The translations under genes were made by a program, and so were the position numbers. A stretch of DNA of 64,000 bases. Origin: Phallusia mammillata (Eukaryota). Positions 23,801-35,800 of the stretch are shown in pieces (within the stretch, counting starts at the first letter, position 1; every line of letters begins with the position of its first letter). The DNA lies in the NCBI GenBank assembly GCA_965637545.1, contig OZ281501.1:4526001-4590000 (forward strand). Reading direction: 5' to 3'. The notes under the pieces were generated by a model. That model was not told the origin of the DNA. It did no database searches and saw nothing but the letters and a program-made list of their open reading frames with translations.

Positions 23801-26800
23801 GGTAATGTTAAAACACTAAAGACATTAGGTGGTTAGGAGATTGCTTTTGATAGTTTTTTAGCGTAAAAATTGTGTAATGTGTAGATGATTTATACAGCAA
23901 GTATTGAAAGAAGCACTGCGTATGTTTGTTATGCCCGCCATGTCATTTCAATGTTCCGTCCCAGCGGACTTGACAGGATATTTAGTTGAATTGTTGACAG
24001 ATGACTGTGAACTTTTAGTCACCGGTCTAAGTTGGCTGAATGTCGGTTGTATATATAAGTTGTTGCTAGCTATACTGTTACCGAACAACAGCTTTGCATG
24101 AGCATTTTGTAGCGGTTGTTTTTTAACGAGTCTAGAGGGGTCGTATTCAGTGGAAAGTGTTTTGGAACTTGTAAGTAATGTTTGGTGTAAAAAGTCGCGT
24201 ACAGATAACTAACTATTCAAGCCTATGTCATTGCGAATATCGTTCGTTTTAGACAAGTGTGTAAAATATAAAAAGTTTGTTTTCACTCGTTTTACGTTGA
24301 ACATGTGGTTTTGTGGATCTTAATTTGTCACTGGAAACATTTGCTTTTGTATGGTTTGGCTCTGATCTTATATATACGTTGATGCCAAATGCACAAAACA
24401 ACGCTAAACCTGTTTTAAACGTATTCTTTACAAAACAGCCGAGAGTTGCAAGCGGGCCGGAAATCTGAGCCCGAAACCGAAAGTGTAAGCCCGAAGCCTG
24501 GCCCGAACCCGAAACGTTTTTGATAAGCCCTTTTAGGCCCGAAATTTTGATTGACAGGCTATCCACGAAAGCCTTGCAAGTTGCAACAAAGGGTGAGAAA
24601 GAAAAAAGAGAAAGACAACAAACACAATGAACAACGGTAGACAATGGGGTAAACAATACGTTTTATAGTAGGGTGGGCATACGTTCAAAGCCACAGATTT
24701 GTTACTAAGCTGAGTGATTTTATTTGAAAAAAATGACTGACACGGAACGTAAAGTCAGGCCCGTTTCAAACCCGTTTTCTCACAAATACCTGAACCCGGC
24801 CCGACTTTTAACTTTTTTTGTATGTTTTGGCCTTTAAGTGTGCCGTGATGAAATGTGTCTTTTTAATGTTTCGGAAACGTTAAGCTTTAGAACTATTTCC
24901 TTAAACAGGGGCTAATTGAAATTTGTGTCAAATAAAAAAACTAGTTGTTTTCATGTTCGAATTGCCTACTTTGTCAAAACCCGTACATAATGCACTTAAA
25001 ATCTGTTTCCAATTAAAACAAACCTACGTTTTTTAAAATGAAATTGCGTTCAAGTAGCATATTTTACATCATGGTACTTTTCCATTTAAAATCTTTTTTA
25101 CACGAGTATAAATGTTAATGCAAGAAACTTCCATGCAAAAATATCTTGCAATGGCGCTGTTACGCTTTTATATCTCGTTGCCAATCTGCCCTTTAGGGAT
25201 CTCGAAACCACGAGTGCACCGCAGTTTTCATTCATAAATTATTATCCACGCCGGGCGAAACCATTGCCCCCAGCGCCTTGTTAAATGCGAAACAGATTAG
25301 TTTTGAGCCTCTAATTTTTAAACTTGACGTTGGTCCGCCTTCGCTAAAAGCCTGACTTAAATAATTGATAGCCTGTTGGCTTGATATGTCTTGATCCTAC
25401 AAGGTCCGTACAACAAGCTAATTGTGTCAGCTGTCATTTCGAAATGCGTGAACTTTTATGTTTTTGTTCTTGACAACTATGTTGAGTAAAAACCGCCGAT
25501 CGTTTGAATTTTGATAAATGCAGATGGGAAAAAGGCCCGCTGTCTGGGACGTCCATTACACAAGGTAATTCAATTGCGTGTCACAGACGTTTACTGGTCG
25601 TCACTCAAATGCAGAAAAGTTTACGCGCAGTTCAAGCAGTGGCAGTCTTGAGGTTTTTGACATAAAATTTCAAATGTGCAATACTAAGTGTAGACTTAAC
25701 CCATTGTTAGATAGTAGTGAAGTCAGTTTTTGATAAGCTAAGCTAGGTTTTTGTGCAACCGGAAAGCACTAATCAGATATATTTTTGCTTTTTAATCGTT
25801 TTTTATGCTTTATGCTTTTATTTTGGCAAAGATTAATATTTTATTGAGGTCAATTTTTAACGACATTGAGTTGAAGTAAATCTCTAAATTAATTTCATGA
25901 AAAGAAAAGTATGTTAAACCATACATTGCTGCTATGATATAAGTAGGGTAGAAATGCCAAATTTAACATGAAAGTTGTCTAAACTTACCCTTATCGGCCA
26001 GTTTTGCCTCTTATCGCCGATTCTACAAAACCGCGCGTTATCAGTATTGCAAGCAACCGCACACCCTCGGAACAAAACTGTCTAAAAATGCTACAATTGA
26101 AGGCAATGCAAGTGGTGCAAATTTAATATTTTATCCAAAAGAAATCGTAAAAAAGCATCAACCCAATAAATGATAAGCTGCAGACAGTGCACACTGTTTC
26201 GACCTATAAGATCTCATCAGTACATCTAGTGACAAGACATACACTGTATTGGCTAGTGTAGCCATTCAACGGCACTTCAGTTTGTTGGGAGTAACAGGCT
26301 AAAACGCTATGCCTCACCTATTCTGTTCGGTGCCACAGCAGGGCATAAACTAGCCAATACGGCCTATCTCTTGTCACCAGCTGCATTGATGAGTCCTTAC
26401 AGCAGGTCGAAACAATGTGCCCTGTCTGCAGCTTATCAAAGAACATCGTCTTTAAAAACAGTTTTTGGGTAAAAAGTATGTATCGCCAGTTTTCCTTTAA
26501 GAGTGCATTTCAGTGCAGTCCGCAATCTGGTAACATTTGAGATGTAGGAGTGTCAGGGCTATAGCAAACAGACATTGTGTACACAGGATACTTGCATCTG
26601 TTTTTCCCTACTATCCGCGTAAACTATGTCCGTGTGTTTTAATGTGCCGAAATTTGTTTTCACAAGCTGCCTCCCGCCACGACAGACGTTTGAAGGTAAA
26701 AGCAATAAACACTTGTTGGAATTTTGCTGGGTTCGCAGCTGCAATTGCAAACACTCTGATCGTGCTACTCGAAAACTGTTTTAGGCTGTGTTGTGTAGTT

Positions 26801-29800
26801 TATGAGCACTCTAGTATGTTTTTTTATACTGTAAAGTGTGAGTTACGTACAGTGCGCATAGGTCCTGTATCCTTGATATGATGGTCAAGTGTTCTATATG
26901 TGGGCGACGATTTTAGATGTTTTATACGTCACAGATAACTGCAAAATGCAATTCAAATTTACAGTTTTAACTTTTTGCGTTTTTTGTTCGTTCAATGAGA
27001 TTTTTAATGCACGCTCAGTTTTGATGCGTAACACTTCTTTTGATGGACGGCATTATGACAGCAGGATAGCATGCCAGCAGGACGTATTTGAATGAATTTG
27101 ATATGCCAAACTCGTTCGTCGTACTACTCCACACACTTTTGCTTTTTACTTTACCTTAATAGAATGTTTTTGCCCACAAATGAAAGTGCGTACCACCGAA
27201 TTTAAAGTTGTAAGGCGGACCGGGCGTTTTAGGTCGGTTTCGGCCTTGATAACAATTATAACTGGTTTAATTCGGCCCTGAATTTACACTTGGCCTCATT
27301 TGTGTCACAATTTTACCAACTTTGGGGCATTATTTAAAAAGAAAGAATTAGTTTGGGATTCAATTTTTGGCCCGTTTATAACTCACGTAACTTAACGAAA
27401 ACGCTCGGAGCAGGGCGCAACTACCTAGATTAAAAAGCCTTGTGCTAATCTAAATCTGTTGTTGCGCCTACACATATTATAACGAAAACGTATTTTTCGC
27501 AGAACCACCTGCGCGAACATCGAAAAGACAATCCCCTGTTATCAAGAAAATCAACCTCAACGGCACCGGGCCCTTGGAAAACGGAACCCTGGGGGGGTCA
27601 ACCTGTTCCAGGTCCGCCAGTGGCCAGGTGGACCGTCTGAGCAATTTATCCGTGTCTGTAGGAAATACTCCGTCACTACGAGGCGACCCCACGGCATGGG
27701 ATAACGAGCGAAATGAAAAGTCGACCTCGATTGACCTCTGCGCTAATGACGTCGTTGACCCAAAACTGGATGATGCTCTTGACCACGCTGCCTTAAGGTA
27801 TATCTTCTTCAAGATTTGATTTGGAAGTACTTAAGTTAGTAAGGCATTGTTGATCACGTGACCTGCCCGTAGCAGTGATTCAAAATCGTTTTTTATCGTG
27901 AGAACAATAAGAAGAATTTTATTTGCTCTGTTTCAAAAAAATGCCGAATGAACTAAAATTGATACCACACCCAAAAAAACAATAAATTACCTTTTTCGGG
28001 CAATTATCCACAGGTTACTAAAACACGTTTGGAAACAATAAAATATGTCGGTACATAGTATATTGGTTACTGTTCTTTTCTAAAATAAAAACAATGACAA
28101 CTAAGTGAAGGTTATGCAATCCATGAATTTTGTTGTACAGTTGTAAGCGTATAGTTTAGACGTGTTTGCAATTGTAACTCTGGCACACGTTTAAAACTAA
28201 AACGTCGAACATGAGTTATAACAGAGTATTTCCTCTATTTCAGGTTGCGTGGTTTGATTGGTCAGTTGGACAGCGATCAAGCGTGTCCAGCTGATGTGTT
28301 ACGTCACAATTTAGAGTACGCTATTTCCGTGTTGGAATCTAGGCACATAAAAGATGTCAGGTAACTAATGTAATTCACTGTATTACTGAATCCTTTTTGT
28401 CACAATAAGCCCCGAAGCCACATTTTGTGTTAACAAACCAGTCAAAGATGCAACTTTTTAAATGCAGATTTACTACAGGGCAGTATGTTAGTGAGAAAGA
28501 TTACATTTTGTGTGTTGCAAATTGTTTGTCTTACTTGGCTGATTGGGTCAAAGTTTTATGTTGGGTCGGGCTTTTTCGGGTTTAGTCACACGGTTTAATA
28601 ATACGGGTCTACTTCGGGTCTGTCTTTTAATTTTTGGCAGCATTTGCTATTTCACCAACTTTTGGGCCTAAATGGAGCCTTATTAATTAAACAATCTGGC
28701 TTGTACTTTCGGGTTCTGGTCCGCTTACAGCTGGCCTTAGTGTCATCAGTAGTATTTTATTCAAATATGACATTAAAAAATACTTACTTTTTGGCATCTT
28801 TACACATAGTATGATCACCTACCAAGTATATGCAAAAATGATGTGTCAGATTTTTTTTTATAAAGTATGTCAAAGTATACAAAACAATGACTGTTTTAAA
28901 CAAGTAGTACGATATGCAAGGCGGAAATTTGTCATGTGTGTCTCTTCAAATGATTCATTGTTAAAATGTTTCATATCGAATATTTGTCATTTTATACAAA
29001 ACAAACAGTTGATCAAATATTTGTAATCACCAAAAGATTCCGTTTCCGATGCAGTTTTTCTGCCGTCGCCACCAAGTCTATGTAGCTCAGTTGGTAGAGT
29101 GCTTTGGGTTCAAATCCCACCACCGGCTAGATTTATTAAATGCAAATCACGGGACTGTATTGAATGCCTTTGACATACAACAGTAGAATGTCCCCATGAC
29201 TGCCACGTATTGTAATATGGTTAAATTTTGTGTCAATTCCATTTATTTTTGCTTGTGGTGTGCATACCATGGCTTTTAACACATTTTTTGTCGTTTAAAA
29301 TATTGTTGTGGTGTTTTAGTATCAAACTAAAAGTTGCTCATTTCTTTTAATGTAATTGTTTTCACCTTTGCGTGTATTGACGTTTATTTATTAACATTTA
29401 CAATAGATTTGAAATGGGGGTTTAGATGTTTATTACTGTCATATACTTTATAGGACAAGAGCCGTAAAGTCACTTGGTTTTTCTTGAACTTTATAGTTAA
29501 TACGTAGAGAAATACAACATTAGTATGCCATAATTTTATTCCTGTTCATATCAAACTATACCTATATCACAAATACTACTTTGGCAGTTTCACTTTGTCA
29601 ATTGTAAACATATTTTATGAGCTAGTGCAAATACTATTGCCAGCTCCAATGCTATACACTGCTTTTTGCAACAGTCTTTGTATTAAGTATATACACTGCG
29701 TTTCGTAACATTACCTTTCTCTCATCCAGCAGGGCGGAGACCAACAGTTTTGAGGATGAGATGTCGACCCACCTTAACGGGGAAACCCCTGTCCCACCCG

Positions 29801-32800
29801 AAATTAAACGTTGGCTGCTTCAGACGTTCAGCAATTCCAAAGCGGGTGAGACAAAAATCATTTATGATTCTTTGATGTTTAAACTAGGGACCAGTTGCGG
29901 TTAAGCTCGCATTTGATCCTCAATTGAAATTGATTTATTGGGATGTTGTCGTTTTTAAGTGAAGCATAATGTTCAAGTCTAGTCCAAGGTAGCAAACCCG
30001 TTGAGACAAGACACCTTTGTTTAATGCAGGGGTTCATAAACTTTTTTGGTCTGTGGCCCAAATGTCTATTTAATAGCGATTCATGGCCCACCACGTGCTG
30101 TAAATTTGGGCACAAACAAAAAAAATAACTCAAAAACAGGCGAAATGGTTTCTAACAATTTATTTTTACTGAGATGCATGCTCCTGAAATGTGGCGACAA
30201 GATTCGGAATTCTTTGCAAAAATTACGTTTTTCAAAACAAAGCGCATAATATCTGCAGTATAACAAAACAGTAGAATTTGTTCAAATGGCTCTGTGGCCC
30301 ATTGAAAATGTCTTGATGGCCTGGGCCATGGCATGGTTTAATGCATTCAAAATTGTCAGAACCGAGTCTTATAACTTTCTGGTACCTTACGTATAATTTA
30401 TTTGGCACAACTTGGTGCATTAAAAAACGGCCAATAATGAAAAGCGAGTCCAAGCCGCCAAGAGGGTGAAATGGTTGGTGCAACCGTCTTGTGTTCGCAA
30501 GGTTTTAATTCTAATCCTGTCTCAACCGCTTATGTTTCTCTGGTATTGTTCCAACCCAGTGGTTCCCGACGGGTTGAACTTAATTGAAGTCACCGACTTC
30601 CCAAGACGAAGCCGGGAACGGTGCTTGTGATTCAACCTTTGACGGGGTTCACTGCTGAACCTGCGAAGCTCGGTTGATAGAAAGCGAGTCCCGGGTTCGA
30701 ATCCACCGCAGGCTAGATTTTTCTAACCTACGCCTTGCCATATGGGATTGCTCAGTGACCGGCTGATTCAGTACAACGTCTTCAATAGAACTGTAATTCC
30801 CAAGGCGAAATGTCAAATAAAAATTTAACGGACTTAAAAAAACAACAGGCGGCTAAATCATTGCGAACATCAGGCTTTACTGCGTTGCCTACCCACTAAT
30901 GATAAAAACAACGAACAAACAGACCCCTTATTCTTGCCGTGGTCCCATTGAAACATTATTACAAAATATTTCTTTATGCAGACGTGCGGAGCAAGCGGGA
31001 TACGGAAAAGCGATCATTGCGAAGTGTGGTGCACGCCGTACAAGCAGGAATGTTTGTCGAGAGAATTTTCCGCAAAAACGTTGAAAGCACTAACAACCTG
31101 CCGCCCGTGGTGATCGAAAAACTCAAGGTTGCTACTTCTTAATTGGTTGTCCCGTTGTGAAAGACCCATCGATTGCTATTCAGTTATTTCTGTCAATTAT
31201 ATTCAAAGCCCTAGGAGGCATTTTAATTGTTACCTGTCAAAGAGAAGCATTCAGTTTTGAATATGCTGTTTTTCTGTTTAAAAATGCGGTTCGTTTTAGT
31301 GAACAAACAATCTGTCATATTTATTTTCATATTTCATGAAGCAGTTGTTATGGAATGAAAATTGTTTACTCCATTATTAGCTGTCCCACCAGACTCGAAA
31401 TCTTAGATTTTAAAATCCGTTATGATTTTGAAAATATGTTTCTTATTTTTTTTATTGCAGGTATAGACATTGTTAACATTTTGGTTGTGTTAGGGTGGAT
31501 TGACAACTTGTCAAAATTGCTGAATCATATTACCAGTGTTGATTGTTCAGCCTTAAAAATGACGATAAAATATATCGACGTACAAGGTCACTATAGTAGC
31601 TACGCTAGCTCACATGGTCAATGTCTTGCTACTATTTTTACTGATCAGACCTTATTGATCCGAACAGTCGTATTTATGTTTTTGTGAAAATCGATTTTCA
31701 ATCTCACAGACTATTGAAAATTGTCTGTTTGTTCAAATTATTTGAAGACAAGTCTTAACGTAGATAAAATACTTTATCGATTTTTTTCTTTTTACCGTGT
31801 GTGTTATAGTCTTTTAAACGGTTACGTATTTGTTGTTAAGTTGGGCGATGAATGGACGTTCGATGTTTTCGATCTCGAGGAAGTAAGCGACGGAAACTCA
31901 CTTAAATATGTTTATTTCCATCTCCTCAGCAAATACGATCTCATCCGAAAGTTTAAGGTGAGAGTTTATACATTTCTAAATCTTCTGCTAAAATGGTTTT
32001 ATCAAACGACCAGTGGCCAAAGTAGGGTATATTTTCTGATCAGAACGTTTCGTTGATAGGTTAAAATCGTCCCCAAAACAAATTGATTCAAATTTATTAA
32101 AACATCAATTCATTGGTCTCTATGAATTCGCGATGAATATATTTTGCCTATGCGGCATCATTGGTATCTTATTCAAATAATATCTTAACATTCTATACAT
32201 CTTGAATTCATAAGGATGAATAACTTGAGGTTTTAATACAATCTGAATCAATAAGCATAACGTTCATTGTGGTCTTCATCCACCAAGCAACGAGTTAGTA
32301 GATTCTAGTTTAAAGCATACTGTAACTCAAGTAAAACAAAATAAATCCACCATAAAAATAACAACTACAACTGCAACGAAGTAAATCAACCATCGACATA
32401 AGAAAAACAACTGAAGGCAGCGCGACAAAAAAACATTGCACTCGATATATAAGCACTATAGTCTACAGCCACGTCCCAGTGTTGCATGAGCTAAAGTAAA
32501 AACAACAACAACAAATTGTCCCAATTGACGTATGGTTAACTCAAAGGCCCCCAAAACGTTTCTCCAGCGGTTTCCCAAAATTTGCCAGTAGCCTAATAAA
32601 TAATTCGTTTAAGCAAATATGGCTATTTTTTGGTATTTAAATGAAACACTTGCGGTCTCTTAAAACTACTTAGCGGTCACCCAAACCAAACCTTAAAAAA
32701 AACCTGGCTACACTAGCTTAAACGGTCAATATCTTGTTACCAGCAGCTGGACAAAACTCTAGATCAGTGGTTCTTAACCTTTTTGGTGTGGTTTCCCACT

Positions 32801-35800
32801 AAAGTCAACCACCAACTTCAAATTTCCCACTCTGTTATTTTTATAATGATGTTTTGTGCCCTAAGTTCACAAAAAAAATTCTTTAAATGAAATAATTTTG
32901 TGAAGCGATTTGGTCTGGAACCCCAAAGGTATACTGCAATCTTATTTAGTTTAAATAGTGCTTTGTGAGAGATTAAAGTTTTTGAAATATTGAAGAGTCT
33001 CCTCTGCTTGCAATAGTCATTTATTGCATCACAATCAACAAAGGAAAGGCTTTTATTCACGCACAATAGCAAAGTCATTGATACTTTTTAGTCTTGTCTG
33101 TGATTTGTATGTGTCTTGTAATCCTTACTGAAATTAATCTTACATATTGTTGCGGAAAAATGTTAGGAAAGTTACTTTCAACCATTATTTTATAGCTGGG
33201 TTCGACCCTCGGCCCGAGTTTGGTTACATGATTACATAATTTCCCTCTGAAAACCATTAAATTTCCCACCGGTTAAGAACCACTGCTCTAGATCGAAGCA
33301 ATGTGCACTGTATGTATAATACATGTTGTTACAGATCCCTCAGAAGTCCCTATGGTCATATTGTCACAAGCTACAACAAGGCTACAGACGTCACAACAAT
33401 CGATATCATAATCCCATTCACGCCGCTGACGTAGCACAAACTCTTAACTGTATGCTCATCCAGTCAGGATTCGTGGTAAGTGGATGCGAGCTAGGCGAAG
33501 CAAATAAAGCAAATGTTCTTATGAACACGTATAATATGTTTTTTTTGTTATTATTTTAGTTGACCTATAGATAAGAAGTGGTATTTTTGAGAAGTTTACG
33601 CCATTGACGTTCTATTCTAAAAGCAATGACCGTATATGCTAAAATATTTTGTAAAAAAGGCGTAAACTGCTAACTGAAGCCGAAAATTATTGAAACCAAA
33701 TCGGTGTAAATGCAATTTGGTTCATTTTCTTTGTGCAGCATTTTAACTCAGTAAAATGCTTTTCGTCATTGACCTAAAAACAAAGAAAAAAAACTTTCCT
33801 AAAAAGCGTTTCATGCCCTAATTGTGGCGGCTTGATTAGACTATTAGCAAAATTGAACGCCGAAAATTGTTTTATTTACCGGCATCGAACGCTATGTGGC
33901 AGAATTCAGTGATTTCAAGTCTTCGATTTTTATTTAACCGCGGCTTTCTACCAATTACCCTTAAATTACGCCACAAGGCACATTTGCATTCGCATGCGTT
34001 GGCGTGACTACAAAACACTTAACTACGTCACGACTGACCTTGCGGGGTCACAGAGGTCAAATTACAACGGTCAGCGTAACACAAGGCCACTGAAGTGAGC
34101 CTCAGGGCTTGAAGAGTTTGTTATGACACAACTAAAACAATATTTTTGCTTCCTTTTCAAGCACGTTTCGCGCCCCTGACGCCGAGTTCGCGATTGTAGC
34201 AAAATAATTGCCATTGTGATGTCACAGTGCTTGTATTTATAGCCGAGTGGGTGCTAGCGACAAAACCGCCTGTCCTGAATTACAATGGCCGGTAATTGTT
34301 ATGGACCCTTGCTTAGCACGTCATGCTGTATCTTTGATTGACAACTAAATGGGAATGCCTATACTTGTGACGTCATAAAGCGTCTGTCTCGCGCCGCGTG
34401 CGGTTTGGCACGTGTCAAATTAATTGGATTAAAATCAGCTCCATAGAAAACAAAATTGTTGAATACTATAAAAAGTAAAACCAATGGACTATAAAATCCT
34501 TGGTGAAACAGAATCAGTCGGTTTAAATAAAGGAATATATATTTCGCCTATGTGCCTAATACGGAACTGATGATGCCACATAGGCGAAATATATATTCCT
34601 TGCTTATATGAACCGACTGATTCTGTTTTACCAAGGATTGGGTTTTATCGTCCATTGATTTCACTGTATTATAGTTAAAAAGGCAAACAGTGATCGTCAG
34701 TTTAAGCCATGCTGTTGATGGTTTTTATTTATTAGTAAAGTTGTAATTTTGTTGAATACTATTTTCGAATTAAAATATTTCGTAAAAACGCATTAAATTC
34801 GAAAAAACAATTTTTTCATCATTTTTTTGTAATCTACTATTTCACTTTTAGATGTGATTTAACTATTTACCATCGGCTGGTGTCAAAATGTCACAGACCT
34901 CAACATAAAATCATTATTTGTCTTTACGGTGATTAATTATTCGACGTTGTGGGGTTTGGGGGTGCAGGGTGTGGGCCAATTTATTGATCCTCCTGTCAAG
35001 TTGATTCGAAACACCGAAAATGTCGCTTTGTTGATATCACAATGCCAGCGTTGTACGTGACAAACATGTCTATTTCACGTCATGTATTTTTACACAGATT
35101 TTTTGGGGGTTGTTTTTCAAACAAGCGTTTCTTAGTCGACTTAAAAAAGTAATTCGATTTTCTTTGTCTTCAAATGAAAGTTCTTAAACAGCGTTGCACT
35201 TAAATTCAAGCTGTTTTGTTTTTTAATCAAATTTGCTTAGCTACCTTGAAAAAGCAAATATTTTTCAAAGAAAAACACTTTTGCATCTTAATCAAAGGTT
35301 ATTTCTAACGATTTTTTTTACGTTTTTTACTTTCTGACGAGCCCACTACACGCTTAAAAAAACATACAGGCCAAACTGTATTCTAAAAACTGGTTAAGTT
35401 TCCTGCTTCAAGCACAACTCAGTGTCTACTATATCACAAAAAAGGATTTAAAAAACTGCTGCACTGAGCTTTTTTTCGATTTTAATCTGGGTCGGGTCAA
35501 AAGTGGTTTCGGTGAATTATGAATATTTTTTACCAGTTCACATACCTCATTTCGTATCACTTGTATTATAACCCTTTCTACAAATTTTCGAGCTTTACTC
35601 ATTTTTTAAACCAAATCTAAATCTCTCTAGTGTCCCCTAGTGGACGGTCGTGTCCCTTTCAATTTAAACCTCCTAATCTTAACTAGAGAGTTTTTTTCCG
35701 TTTTAGCACTGGCTTTCTGATCAAGAAATCTTTTCCATGATAACGGCTGCGGTTGTACATGACTTGGAACACACCGGTACCACAAACAACTTTCACACAA

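Larger units (their letters stand above)
26171..26438. mobile_element. 268-bp foldback element with a hammerhead in each arm (opposite polarities)
   Basis: Arms 26171-26257 and 26349-26438 are imperfect inverted repeats (TGATAAGCTGCAGACAG..GGCTAGT / ACTAGCC..CTGTCTGCAGCTTATCA) around a 91-nt centre with further short complementary blocks. No TSD seen. Confidence 0.85.

Noticed and set aside
29069-29134. Functional tRNA gene (also 30668 and 36904 copies)
   Set aside because: Only A and B boxes are present; anticodon arm and acceptor stem cannot be formed. Treated as SINE-like heads.
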